From positions 18,653-82,652 of the forward strand of contig JAEDDI010000002.1 of assembly GCA_016293805.1 (NCBI GenBank): DNA of 64,000 nucleotides, read 5' to 3'. Position 1 is the first letter of the stretch, and the number at the start of each line of letters is the position of its first letter. Positions 55,201-64,000 of this stretch are shown piece by piece. The position numbers and the translations under genes are program-made. Under the pieces are notes generated by a model. It was not told the DNA's origin and made no database searches. It was given only the letters and a program-made list of their open reading frames with translations. This DNA comes from Bacillota bacterium (GTDB lineage Bacteria; Bacillota; Clostridia; Peptostreptococcales; Anaerovoracaceae).

Positions 55201-58200
55201 CCATCAGCGGCAGATAATATATCAAATCCGTCGAACGACATCGAAAATCCGTAGTCATTATCACTTCTCTGCGTATACCTTATATCAAATATCTCGACTT
55301 TCGCGTTTTCAAAATCCCCTTCACCTGTACATTCGTTCCATATGAAAGAATCTCCGTCGGTGCATAAAACTATGTATTCACCGCCCTTTTCCATCAGAAC
55401 ATACGGCGTGCTGTCCCATGCCTCCTGTGTCCATCCTTCTGACTGTTTCATTGCGACATACCTGTCCGAAGGAGAAACAGCATTTCCAAAGGAATCACTG
55501 TCAACCCACTGAGGGTTTTCTTCATATGACAGTTTCTCTCCGTTTCTTGTGCATGATACTGTAAGAACTCTGTACCCTCCGCCGGACTGTATCAGCGCAA
55601 AGTCTCCTGCAGCAGCATCTTCCGCAAGGACTGCACCGTACTTCCATTCGAAAGATGTTTTTGTCACACCGTCTCTTGTCTCCCTCTCAAAATCCGCTTC
55701 TTTCAGAACATAGTTTTCAAAGTATGACGGCAGATATCTTTTCTCTGACAGAGAACTAAAATCTCTTACGTTTCCGTCCCAGTCCTCTTCTTCCGCACCA
55801 TCGGCATGAAAAACATATGCTCTGTATCCGTAGTCCAGTTCGTTTCCCTTTGATACAGCATTGCCTCCTTCAAGTTCTCTGCCCGACGTGTAAGATGAAA
55901 GAGGATTCCCCGAATCTCCTCCCATCGTATACGGAGTCGAATCATCAACTGTAACTTCAGGAGTTCCCCCTCTTATCGTTGCCGACGCTTTTCTGCCTGT
56001 TACAGTCTTAATTATCCTTACAGATGTAAGGTTGACTCCTCCCGGTGTGTACGACATTGTACACACTACATCGTATCTGTATCTGTATAGGCTGTCTTCT
56101 GTCTCATATGTGTAATTCAGCTTCGAAGGACCTGCACAAGGTGTCACATACATGCTCATGTTCCGGTTTTCTTCAGATACCTTCCTTTCAAGCAGTCTCC
56201 ACAATCTGCCTCCCGATTCAGTTTCAGCACTTCCCGTCTCGTATACGCTGCCGGTAAATTCTCTCCCCAGTATATCTTTAATTGCCTCATCTTCACTTGA
56301 AGAATGTGTCCTTGCCGATATCGGAATATCAATCTTCTCATCAGTTTCGCTGCTGTAAAACATAGGCCCCTGCGAACCGTCATTGAGGAGAATATCTTCC
56401 CCTGCAAATATTCCGAATACGGCGCCGGCAAGATTCGCCGCTTTTTCAAATACTGCCTTAAGATAACTTATACCCGTCTTATCGTCGACAGCCTCTTCAA
56501 ATCCTGTAAATTCCTCGCCCTGCTTCAGTATCTCAATACGTCCCCTTACCTGACTGTTTGTAAGCTTCACCGTATGATACACCTTTGAATACGGATAGTC
56601 TTCTTCACTGTACGAAGGATCCGCCGGACTCCTGTTTCCATCGCAGTCTATCATCTGTCCAAAGTTTCCGTTTTCATGGACAGGTTCATTCCCGACTTCA
56701 AACGTATAAATATTCAGAACTTCATCAACTTCCCTGAATCCCTGAAAAGTATTTGAATCAATAGAGTAATATGGTACCAGGTCCTCATATTCCGAACCCG
56801 GTATTCCTCCGTAGACTGCATTGTTCTCGCTCTCCTCGGAATCATATCTTTTATCTGAGGGATTGCCGTTCTCATCATATGTTCCGAGGAAGTATCCTTC
56901 AGGAACACAGAATTCCTCCACCTGATATATTCCATAAGGCAGATCATACCTGATTACAAACTCTCCCGCATCGTTTAATACAAATTCATCAGAACCGTCA
57001 TGTGATGTAATAGAACTGCCGTTTGGCAGAAGTCTGCCGTATCCTGCGGCACTTTCAGGATTATCAAGAGAAGGATCTCCCATGTACCTTACACGTACCC
57101 TGGTACCCTTCATAGGAACTTTTTTTCCGGTCTCACTGTTCACCTTCTCAAGTTTGATCCTGTTCTCCTGAAGTTTATCGTAAACACCATAGACATATAT
57201 ATCATCATACTTTCCTTCTCCACTGTATCCATATTTCTCATAAGTGCTGCATTCAGACACTGTGCATGTGAATTTCTCAAGAACATAATTATCATCGTCG
57301 GCTATGACCTCTTCTATCATGTATTCTCCATAAGGCACACCTTTTACAAGAAGTTTGCCGTTCTTTCCCACCTTCATCGGAGTGTCTTCACACGAGACTC
57401 CTCCTCCGGTCTTTGACACTCTGTAAACAGCAGTCATATCGTCAAGCACTCCATCATATACATATCTTAATGCTGCATGTCCTTCGTGTCCTCCGGATTT
57501 AAGATATACCTTCCACTGTGACTTTTCTGAAAGCAGAGTGCCTGATGACTGCTTGTCCCTGAAGACAGAAGTATTTTCGTTCTCCTTAAGTATCTCAATT
57601 TTTCCGGTATGAATATCGTTTCTGAAAACTTCTCCCCGGCCTGCACCTGAATAGCTGAAAGTGCCTCCTGAAAACGAGAAAAAGGATCCTTCCTCATCAG
57701 CAAATTCATCATTTTCCCCCTTAAGCTGCGCAGTCCCGGAAGGTGTATCAACTTTCATTGTGATCTTAGTGTCACTCCATGATACATCACTTAATGCACA
57801 TTCTCTGACATCCTCTGCATGGGCTTCATATGATACAGTAAATTTCCTCACTGTGTTTCCTTCCGGTTCCATGTACATTCCTCCTGGAACCGATGTTTCT
57901 CTTATCTCATAATCGACAGAAAATGACCACTTCGCATCTGTCGGCATAACTGTACATTCATGTATCACCTGACCGTCAGCATCTGTCTCTGTGTGAATCC
58001 TCTGACCGTATTCACACCCCTGTTCAAGAAATGCGCTTCCATCATCGAAAGGTCTGTCCTCAAGAGAGGCTGTGCTTCCCGATTCATCAAGTGTAACAGA
58101 ATCCACTGCCTCCCCGTTCCTGTACAGGGTATATCCTGCAGCCAGACTGCCGTCCCCTCTTGCTGTCCCGGTATCGTTATCAAATCCTCCGTACAGGTCC

Positions 58201-59486
58201 TCCTTGGAAACATCAAATGAAAACTCCGGAACTGCCGGCATTACTCTCTCTCCTTCATTATCCTGCTGTCCGCTCCTGCCGTTTGTTACAGTGATAAAGT
58301 ATGTGGCTCTTGACTGATATGATGAGCCTGATATCAGCGACTGGTCGTGAATGTTTCCGGCCTTTGTGTCCCTGAACCACAGCTGCATGCCCTGAACCCT
58401 GCTTACTCCCTCTATTGAGTTTTGTATCTCATAGCATCTGCTTCCATCTGCTGTAGCCTGAGATGGTGTCATATCCGGGGAATCTGAAGGTGCCTCCCAT
58501 TTTACAGTAAATTTTCTGCCGGTTTTGGTAACAGTCAGTTTTCCCTTTATTCCTTCAGGATTCTTCACAGTTACATTTCCGTAGATGTCTCTCTTTCCGG
58601 CCTCATACATTCTTACTGTATCAGGATTTCCCGCAACCTCTGCCTGCCAGGTCCCATCTTCCTGCTGCGACAAAACAACAGGCGATGCCTTTGCCGAAGT
58701 TTCCTTTTCAAATGACTTCTTCACCGGCCTTGAATCACGGTTTCTTATCATGCTGATCATGAATCTGTAGATATCTTCTGCCGGTTTTCCCTTAATTATG
58801 TTATAGCAGTGATGAATATCTATATTTCTGCCGTTCCCATATTTCAGAACCGGATGTTTAGATGACCCCGCATAATTCAGATTGTCGCTTCCTGAAGCAG
58901 ACAGTCTGTACTCCTGTGTAATTTCCCAGATTAGTATCTGAGTAGCCATATACCAGTCATCCCTGTTATATGACCCTCTGTCTCTCTTCGCATATATCGA
59001 GTCGAAGAAACCTATGGTACTCAGTGTTTTATCTGGAGCATCTGACTCATAACCATAAAGTACCGTATACCTGAGATTCTGCTGCTCACTCTTTTTCATT
59101 CCTGCAAAAGCGGGATGAGATGAAGCTGATTTAGAATAGTAGGTTGGTCCGTTGTCCGATAGTCCCAGCCCGTGTTCAAAACAGTATACCCGGTATTTTT
59201 CTCCCCCCTGTTTGAGAAGATATGCGTGCTTACTGCCTTCTACCTCATAGGAATACACTATATGTTTCTTCCCGTCATCTCCAAAGTAGTAAATCTGCAT
59301 CAGTCCTCCCCCTGTCGGTCCAAGCGATGCTGTATCGGAAGAAAAGTATCGGCATCCGTTTCCTCCCGTAAGCACCGAGCCTTCTGAGTATGTTGCGCTG
59401 CCTCTGACAAGGCCTGCAAATGCCTCTGCAGGTATCACAGCCGTCAGCATGACTATACACAGTATCAGTGATATTTTCTTTTTCAT
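52224..59486 (-). CDS. giant cell-surface adhesin: signal peptide, thioester domain, multiple Cna-B/SpaA-like Ig folds, three Thr-Gln ester-bond (VaFE) repeats, C-terminal TM anchor
   Basis: Start refined to ATG 59486 (MKKKISLILCIVMLTAVIPAEAFA), about 2,420 aa. TED signature YRVYCFEHG (Cys codon 59183..59181) and ATQILIWE (Gln codon 58940..58938). Repeated GxIEILK-type Cna-B starts. C-terminal repeats with VxFE and HxDxxDxxQ. Hydrophobic tail followed by EMRKED. Confidence 0.85.
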   Translation of the reverse strand: MKKKISLILCIVMLTAVIPAEAFAGLVRGSATYSEGSVLTGGNGCRYFSSDTASLGPTGGGLMQIYYFGDDGKKHIVYSYEVEGSKHAYLLKQGGEKYRVYCFEHGLGLSDNGPTYYSKSASSHPAFAGMKKSEQQNLRYTVLYGYESDAPDKTLSTIGFFDSIYAKRDRGSYNRDDWYMATQILIWEITQEYRLSASGSDNLNYAGSSKHPVLKYGNGRNIDIHHCYNIIKGKPAEDIYRFMISMIRNRDSRPVKKSFEKETSAKASPVVLSQQEDGTWQAEVAGNPDTVRMYEAGKRDIYGNVTVKNPEGIKGKLTVTKTGRKFTVKWEAPSDSPDMTPSQATADGSRCYEIQNSIEGVSRVQGMQLWFRDTKAGNIHDQSLISGSSYQSRATYFITVTNGRSGQQDNEGERVMPAVPEFSFDVSKEDLYGGFDNDTGTARGDGSLAAGYTLYRNGEAVDSVTLDESGSTASLEDRPFDDGSAFLEQGCEYGQRIHTETDADGQVIHECTVMPTDAKWSFSVDYEIRETSVPGGMYMEPEGNTVRKFTVSYEAHAEDVRECALSDVSWSDTKITMKVDTPSGTAQLKGENDEFADEEGSFFSFSGGTFSYSGAGRGEVFRNDIHTGKIEILKENENTSVFRDKQSSGTLLSEKSQWKVYLKSGGHEGHAALRYVYDGVLDDMTAVYRVSKTGGGVSCEDTPMKVGKNGKLLVKGVPYGEYMIEEVIADDDNYVLEKFTCTVSECSTYEKYGYSGEGKYDDIYVYGVYDKLQENRIKLEKVNSETGKKVPMKGTRVRVRYMGDPSLDNPESAAGYGRLLPNGSSITSHDGSDEFVLNDAGEFVIRYDLPYGIYQVEEFCVPEGYFLGTYDENGNPSDKRYDSEESENNAVYGGIPGSEYEDLVPYYSIDSNTFQGFREVDEVLNIYTFEVGNEPVHENGNFGQMIDCDGNRSPADPSYSEEDYPYSKVYHTVKLTNSQVRGRIEILKQGEEFTGFEEAVDDKTGISYLKAVFEKAANLAGAVFGIFAGEDILLNDGSQGPMFYSSETDEKIDIPISARTHSSSEDEAIKDILGREFTGSVYETGSAETESGGRLWRLLERKVSEENRNMSMYVTPCAGPSKLNYTYETEDSLYRYRYDVVCTMSYTPGGVNLTSVRIIKTVTGRKASATIRGGTPEVTVDDSTPYTMGGDSGNPLSSYTSGRELEGGNAVSKGNELDYGYRAYVFHADGAEEEDWDGNVRDFSSLSEKRYLPSYFENYVLKEADFERETRDGVTKTSFEWKYGAVLAEDAAAGDFALIQSGGGYRVLTVSCTRNGEKLSYEENPQWVDSDSFGNAVSPSDRYVAMKQSEGWTQEAWDSTPYVLMEKGGEYIVLCTDGDSFIWNECTGEGDFENAKVEIFDIRYTQRSDNDYGFSMSFDGFDILSAADGQKAVTEISGQSETRPEIVTGAGYVHERKDGKDVFISEEREVPVYLKGEDGVKTEISTMGEWTKALVTVPLDAVSADYDIVTPQIRASRIDGEGNIEEHILDWYSKLSSDRRKHTAYESDNLIVRSYQHRGEADKDVYYTIEILTKNGSDAPCSVVYGDGYRADIYQITTDEGVNSGVIEVSNIYRTQRYAVSDLVSVITSGDDGRAVSEPLPLGTYIVRELESPAGYVPEEKSQEITLSYVNMHTPLVWKNAVFRNRYCDVQIDMKKVFENSGSFMPGSSAVFGIYTGEKLKNAKEGSLVGVISFDKNGNTSEKYRLPEGIYYVSEITAGTGYELSDEKFWFRAGEEDRPEGAVRIYSEKDGIDGSLYMKEKGKAVLTFRVSDRYPMPSFEGTDLDREFADEEITVKRYADAAVVTTVIEGNRKITMPGGKTLNVSVSDYGFEGQFDGRRISYAPKSSGYYCSASLKASAGDDKMTEVKLELSEERTITAVISREEDSYFLETAGRKIKGGEKITLQDGAYTVFDFSEDGILEMSSYYTLDEYVSPKGEAGGAECEVRSSKTQVLERQSTGSDAVPVLINAGDGPDVKPVVNRRKDIPVTPSTAPEIRTSAYYIHPGNRTAYASGSVTVTDVITYSGFDAGRTYTAEGEVIDKDCGRVLASAKKAFTADASGSVEIEYTFDAEDMKGREAVIFERIYLDGRLIASHTDSGDAMQTVSFPEIGTSASDALTGEKIAFAGRLTVRDNVLYSGLEKGREYTVKGELHDCKTGKEIYGTWSEKTFTAEESSGSIEITFDMDAEGLEGRSVAVFERIYCDGVLIASHEDISCAEQTVRLPMIKTSAGFERGKITDRVSYTNLIPGREYCVWGTLMDKASGKPFLIDGQKVKGYCFFIPEESDGEVTVEFPFDEDRMRGREFVVFETLYIDNRYKVAAHHDINDEKQSISVKGAVPQGVSAHVKTGIDISVFKWPALFALMMILLIFIAVAEMRKED
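52365..53390 (-). repeat. three tandem ~114-aa ester-bond domain repeats within the adhesin gene
   Basis: Units at 53390..53049, 53048..52701 and 52700..52365. Each starts with (E/M)I(R/G/K)TSA and ends AVIFERIY...SHTDSGDAMQTVS, VAVFERIY...SHEDISCAEQTVR or FVVFETLY...AHHDINDEKQSISV. Confidence 0.65.
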
Positions 59487-59685
59487 TTCTATCTGTTTAC
59501 CCCTTTCATCAGAAATGCGTATCCCCCGAACCGCAATTCCATTTTTTACCATATTCTACTTTACATCCACTGTACTGTCAACCATTATTTTCCATTTATT
59601 CCTTATTGCATCTATGTAAATGCATAAATAATATTGAATCGTTTACATCTTTTTTCCCCGCAGCTCCTCGCGATTACGCAAAAGC

Positions 59686-59714
59686 ACAAAAAAATGCGGA
59701 GCTTTCGCTCCGCA
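59686..59714 (-). terminator. rho-independent terminator after ilvD
   Basis: TGCGGAGC-GAAA-GCTCCGCA, followed by T7 on the minus strand. Confidence 0.85.
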
Positions 59715-59726
59715 GATTTCATTATT

Positions 59727-61391
59727 CTATTTCATTACCGCACCGGTATTTGACGAAGATACAAGTCTTGAATATCTTTCAAGCCAGCCGCCCTTCACCT
59801 TTGGTTCAGGCTTAACATAATTCTTTCTTCTTTCGGCAAGTTCCTCATCTGAAACTCTGACACCGATCGAATAGTTCGGAATGTCTATATCTATAATATC
59901 GCCTTCTTTAACAAGACCGATCACTCCGCCATCTGCCGCCTCCGGACTTACATGTCCAATCGAAGCCCCTCTGCTTGCACCTGAGAATCTTCCGTCAGTA
60001 ATAAGAGCAACAGTTTTGTCAAGCTTCATTCCTGCAAGAGCACTTGTAGGATTGAGCATTTCTCTCATTCCCGGTCCTCCCTTAGGACCTTCGTAACGGA
60101 TTACAACAACTTCACCGTCTTTTATATCTCCTGCGTATATGGCTTCAATCGCCTCCTCTTCAGAATCAAATACTCTTGCCGGACCTGAATGCTTCAGCAT
60201 TTCAGGAGCAACAGCGCTTCTCTTAACAACACATCCGTCTTCAGCAAGATTTCCAAACAGGATAGCAAGTCCTCCGGTTGGCGTATACGGATTATCAGCA
60301 GGTCTTATTGCCTCTTCATCTGTTATACGTGCCCCTTCGATGTTCTCGCCTACAGTTCTGCCTGTTACAGTTATAAGGGATGTATCAAGAAGTCCCTTTG
60401 AGGCGAGCTGAGCCATAACAGCAGGTACGCCGCCCGCATTGTTAAGGTCATGCATATGTGTACCGCCTGCAGGGGCAAGATGGCATAAATTCGGTGTCAC
60501 TTCACTTATTTCATTAAATGTGTGAAGATCAACATCAACTCCTGCCTCATTTGCAATCGCAAGAAGGTGAAGCACGCTGTTTGATGAACATCCAAGAGCC
60601 ATATCTGTTGTTATTGCATTTCTGATGCTCTTCTCGTTGATTATATCTCTTGCCCTGATATCTCTGTCGATCATCTCCATGATTGCCTGCCCTGCATGCT
60701 TTGCAAGCATGATTCTTCTGCTTGATACAGCAGGTATGCTTCCGTTACCCGGAAGCGCTATTCCTATGGCTTCGCAAAGACAGTTCATACTGTTTGCAGT
60801 GTACATTCCTGAGCACGATCCGCATCCCGGGCAGACATTCTGCTCATATTCAAGAAGACCATCATCATCGATGATTCCGGCCTTGTGCGCTCCAACAGCC
60901 TCAAACATCTTTGAAAGGCTTGTCTCAACACCGCCTACAAGTCCTGACATCATCGGACCGCCTGAACATACTACTGCCGGTATATTCATTCTTACTGCAG
61001 CCATTACCATGCCCGGAACAATCTTGTCACAGTTCGGAACAAGAACAGCCCCGTCAAATGCATGTGCTCTGATCATAGTTTCAACGCTGTCAGCGATAAG
61101 CTCACGGCTTGCAAGGGAATATTTCATTCCGATATGTCCCATAGCTATGCCGTCACATACGCCAATGGCAGGCACCATTACCGGTGTTCCGCCTGCCATT
61201 CTTACCCCGGCCTTAACCGCCTCTGTAATCTTGTCGAGGTGGATATGTCCGGGAACTATTTCACTGTGCGCTGACACTACGGCAATCAGAGGTCGCTCGA
61301 GTTCTTCCTTAGTATATCCCATTGCGTAGAACAGACTTCTTGCCGGCGCTTTCTCTGCACCGTCCATTACCTGATTGCGTTTTAATGTCAT
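59727..61391 (-). CDS. ilvD: dihydroxy-acid dehydratase
   Basis: 554 aa. [23 protein letters not shown] and TDGRFSG motifs. Confidence 0.96.
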   Translation of the reverse strand: MTLKRNQVMDGAEKAPARSLFYAMGYTKEELERPLIAVVSAHSEIVPGHIHLDKITEAVKAGVRMAGGTPVMVPAIGVCDGIAMGHIGMKYSLASRELIADSVETMIRAHAFDGAVLVPNCDKIVPGMVMAAVRMNIPAVVCSGGPMMSGLVGGVETSLSKMFEAVGAHKAGIIDDDGLLEYEQNVCPGCGSCSGMYTANSMNCLCEAIGIALPGNGSIPAVSSRRIMLAKHAGQAIMEMIDRDIRARDIINEKSIRNAITTDMALGCSSNSVLHLLAIANEAGVDVDLHTFNEISEVTPNLCHLAPAGGTHMHDLNNAGGVPAVMAQLASKGLLDTSLITVTGRTVGENIEGARITDEEAIRPADNPYTPTGGLAILFGNLAEDGCVVKRSAVAPEMLKHSGPARVFDSEEEAIEAIYAGDIKDGEVVVIRYEGPKGGPGMREMLNPTSALAGMKLDKTVALITDGRFSGASRGASIGHVSPEAADGGVIGLVKEGDIIDIDIPNYSIGVRVSDEELAERRKNYVKPEPKVKGGWLERYSRLVSSSNTGAVMK

Positions 61392-61404
61392 TGTATCTCT
61401 CCTG

Positions 61405-62400
61405 TTATTTCTTTAACCAGCTCATCATCTTTCTTAATTCCTCACCAACCTTGCAAAGAAGATGTTCTGCTTCTCTTCTTCTTGTTGCAAGGAACTTAGC
61501 CTTTCCGCCTGCCTTGAATTCCTGAATAAATTCGCTTGCAAATGTTCCGTCCTGAATTTCAGTAAGAACCTGCTTCATTTCTTTTCTTGTTTCTTCTGTA
61601 ATCAGTCTTCTGCCTGTTCTGTAGTCACCGTATTCAGCTGTGTTTGAAATTGAATATCTCATCTTGTCGAAACCGCCTTCATTGATAAGGTCAACGATAA
61701 GTTTCATTTCATGGATACATTCGAAGTATGCCATTTCAGGAGCATATCCTGCTTCTACAAGAGTATCAAAACCTGCCTTCATAAGTTCAGTTACGCCGCC
61801 GCAAAGAACTGCCTGTTCACCGAATAAGTCAGTTTCTGTTTCTTCTCTGAATGTTGTCTCAAGGATACCTGCTCTTCCTGCTCCGATTCCGCTTGCATAA
61901 GCAAGAGCATAGTCCTTAGCTTTTCCTGAAGCATCCTGGTATACTGCGATAAGTGAAGGAACTCCTTTTCCCTCAACGTACTGGCTTCTTACTGTATGTC
62001 CCGGACCTTTAGGAGCAATCATTATTACATCATTTGAAGCCTTTGGCTGAATCTGGTTGAAGTGAATATTGAAACCGTGAGCAAATGCAAGGATATCTCC
62101 ATCCTTCATATGCTTTTCAACCTGATTCTTGTAGATGTCTGCAGCAAGTTCATCCGGAACAAGCATCATTACAAGATCTCCTGCTTCTGCTGCTTCCTCA
62201 ATTCCAAGAACCTTGATTCCTGCTGCCTCTGCCTTTGCAATGTGAGCTGAACCCGGTCTTAATCCTACTACTACATCAACGCCGCTTTCCTGAAGGTTCA
62301 TTGCATGTGCGTGTCCCTGTGAACCAAATCCGATAATTGCAACGGTTTTACCGTCTAACATTCCTAAATTACAGTCTGTGTCATAATACTTGTTGATCAT
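61405..62400 (-). CDS. ilvC: ketol-acid reductoisomerase
   Basis: 331 aa. [15 protein letters not shown] Rossmann motif and [11 protein letters not shown]. Confidence 0.96.
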   Translation of the reverse strand: MINKYYDTDCNLGMLDGKTVAIIGFGSQGHAHAMNLQESGVDVVVGLRPGSAHIAKAEAAGIKVLGIEEAAEAGDLVMMLVPDELAADIYKNQVEKHMKDGDILAFAHGFNIHFNQIQPKASNDVIMIAPKGPGHTVRSQYVEGKGVPSLIAVYQDASGKAKDYALAYASGIGAGRAGILETTFREETETDLFGEQAVLCGGVTELMKAGFDTLVEAGYAPEMAYFECIHEMKLIVDLINEGGFDKMRYSISNTAEYGDYRTGRRLITEETRKEMKQVLTEIQDGTFASEFIQEFKAGGKAKFLATRRREAEHLLCKVGEELRKMMSWLKK

Positions 62401-62442
62401 TTTCTTTTCTCCTTTTCTGATAATCTTTAAATCCTTTATTAT

Positions 62443-62922
62443 TTATTTTTCAATACCTGTGATTCCGGTTCTGCAGATATCAATTATATCATAACATTCC
62501 AGCAAATCAAGAAACGCATCCAGTTTATCCGGGCTTCCTGTAAGTTCAAGAACCATGTCCGATCTGGTAAGGTTGATAATTTTCGCCCTGTATATATCAA
62601 CTATTTCCTTGATTGCCGAGCGCTGAGTCTTGTCAGCATTGAGTTTAACCATCAGAAGTTCTCTGAAGAAACTCTTGTTCATATCGAGCGCCTTGACGCT
62701 CTTTACTACCTCCAGCTTCTCAATCTGAGCTATGAGTTGCTGAAGAGTAAGTGTTTCACCTTCAAATACTATTGTTATTCTGGATAACATCGGATCGTTT
62801 GTAGCCGATACTGTAAGCGAGTCGATATTGAATCCTCTTCTTCCGATAAGGCTTACAACTCTTGTCAGTACATTGGCAGTATTCTCAACATATACGGATA
62901 CTACTTCTTTCTTAAGTGCCAT
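62443..62922 (-). CDS. ilvN: acetolactate synthase small (regulatory, ACT-domain) subunit
   Basis: ACT-domain N-terminus VSVYVENTANVLTRVVSLIGRRGFNIDSLTV. Start refined to ATG 62922, preceded by a GGAGG SD. Confidence 0.9.
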   Translation of the reverse strand: MALKKEVVSVYVENTANVLTRVVSLIGRRGFNIDSLTVSATNDPMLSRITIVFEGETLTLQQLIAQIEKLEVVKSVKALDMNKSFFRELLMVKLNADKTQRSAIKEIVDIYRAKIINLTRSDMVLELTGSPDKLDAFLDLLECYDIIDICRTGITGIEK

Positions 62923-62935
62923 ATTCCCTACCTCC

Positions 62936-64000
62936 TTATTCAAATATCATCTCATCAACTGTAAGTCCGTTAGGAATCATTGGAAGAACCTTTTCCTCCA
63001 TAACGATTTCACAGTCAATCCATACAGGACCTTCACACTTCAGAGCCTTTTCAAATGCCTCTTCGAACTCCTCCAGAGTGTCTGCTCTGAAGCCTGTACC
63101 GCCAAAGCCTTCTATTATCTTAACGAAGTCAGTCTTTCTTTCAGGTACTGTCTGAGAATGTCTGCCCTCAAAGAACTGGGACTGCCACTGATATACCATT
63201 CCGAGAACTCTGTTGTTCATTATAATGGTGATAACAGGAGTGTTTTCCGAAACCGCTGTACATGCCTCATTGAGATTCATGTGGAATGACCCGTCCCCTG
63301 TGAAATGAATAACTCTCTTGTCAGGATTACCGATCTGCGCACCGATTGCAGCTCCGTAGCCGTATCCCATTGTTCCAAGACCTCCGCTTGAAAGGAATCT
63401 TCTAGGAGCCTTGTGATTGATAAACTGTGCAGCCCACATCTGATGCTGCCCTACATCTGTAACGTAAATTGTATCATTGTCCGTATGTTCACATACATAC
63501 TCTATAATCTGCTGAGGATTCATTATATCCGAATATCCCCTGATATGCATCGGTCTTTCCTTCTGCCATTTCTTCAGCTGCCTGATCCAGTCCTTGTGAT
63601 CCTTCTCGTCTACGTGTTCAAGAACAGCGTCCAGAACCTCTCTGCAGTCTCCGTTTATACTGTAGTCAACGTAAACATTCTTGTTAATTTCACTTCTGTC
63701 TATGTCTATCTGTATAATCTTTGCCTTGGCTGCAAACTTCTTGGGATTAAGTGCAACTCTGTCACTGAATCTTGTTCCTATAGCTATAACAAGGTCTGCT
63801 TCTGCAATCGCCTTGTTTGCAGCGAATGAACCGTGCATACCGAGAAGTCCGAATGATCTTTCGTTATCTGAAGGAACTGCGCCGGACGCCATCATTGTAT
63901 TAACAGCAGGAATGTCAGCCTTCTCAAGAAGAGCAAGAACCTCACTGTCAGCTTCCGATGCTATGATTCCGCCGCCTGCATATACTACAGGTCTCTCTGC
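62936..64000 (-). CDS. ilvB: acetolactate synthase large subunit, C-terminal part (gene continues off the right edge)
   Basis: ThDP-binding region GLGTMGYGYGAAIGAQ...GDGSFHMN. The reading frame stays open to the window end. Confidence 0.92.
   Translation of the reverse strand, partial: AERPVVYAGGGIIASEADSEVLALLEKADIPAVNTMMASGAVPSDNERSFGLLGMHGSFAANKAIAEADLVIAIGTRFSDRVALNPKKFAAKAKIIQIDIDRSEINKNVYVDYSINGDCREVLDAVLEHVDEKDHKDWIRQLKKWQKERPMHIRGYSDIMNPQQIIEYVCEHTDNDTIYVTDVGQHQMWAAQFINHKAPRRFLSSGGLGTMGYGYGAAIGAQIGNPDKRVIHFTGDGSFHMNLNEACTAVSENTPVITIIMNNRVLGMVYQWQSQFFEGRHSQTVPERKTDFVKIIEGFGGTGFRADTLEEFEEAFEKALKCEGPVWIDCEIVMEEKVLPMIPNGLTVDEMIFE

Noticed and set aside
60625-61329. 234-aa plus-strand ORF
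   Set aside because: It lies entirely antisense within ilvD, whose identity is unambiguous. It is a shadow ORF.

Overview
64-kb chromosomal segment, densely coding and mostly minus-strand. Gene order looks like a Firmicute, probably Clostridia: yybS-gdpP-rplI-dnaB, scpA-scpB, rnmV/rsmA, metY-metA, ilvBNCD, secA, prfB. All calls come from reading the ORF track and the DNA by eye (motifs, synteny, hand-folded hairpins); no searches were run. I support about 55 protein genes, one frameshifted transporter pseudogene, one tandem glycine riboswitch, and several promoters, terminators and operators. I saw no rRNA, tRNA or CRISPR array. The main finding is a compact 416-aa IscB-type RNA-guided nuclease (PLMP, RuvC-I, Arg-rich bridge helix, RuvC-II, HNH, RuvC-III, C-terminal domain). 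It is preceded by a 289-nt ORF-free, structured leader that is a candidate omega-RNA. The pair sits as a TnpA-less IS200/IS605-like insertion between rnmV and rsmA, in the same orientation as that operon. Other findings: (1) metY-metA has no S-box or T-box; its leader encodes a 21-aa peptide with a Met run (MRFSSFGKFNMTMMMCSTPLV) overlapping an antiterminator/terminator pair, which suggests Met-sensing attenuation. (2) A tandem glycine riboswitch precedes a UPF0126 membrane protein gene. (3) A roughly 2,420-aa surface protein carries an N-terminal thioester-domain signature, three C-terminal Thr-Gln ester-bond repeats and a non-LPXTG anchor. (4) The prfB +1 frameshift site is missed by the ORF track. 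(5) An orphan tyrosine integrase sits beside an accessory-looking PucR-linked PLP-enzyme cluster that contains a decayed nhaC.
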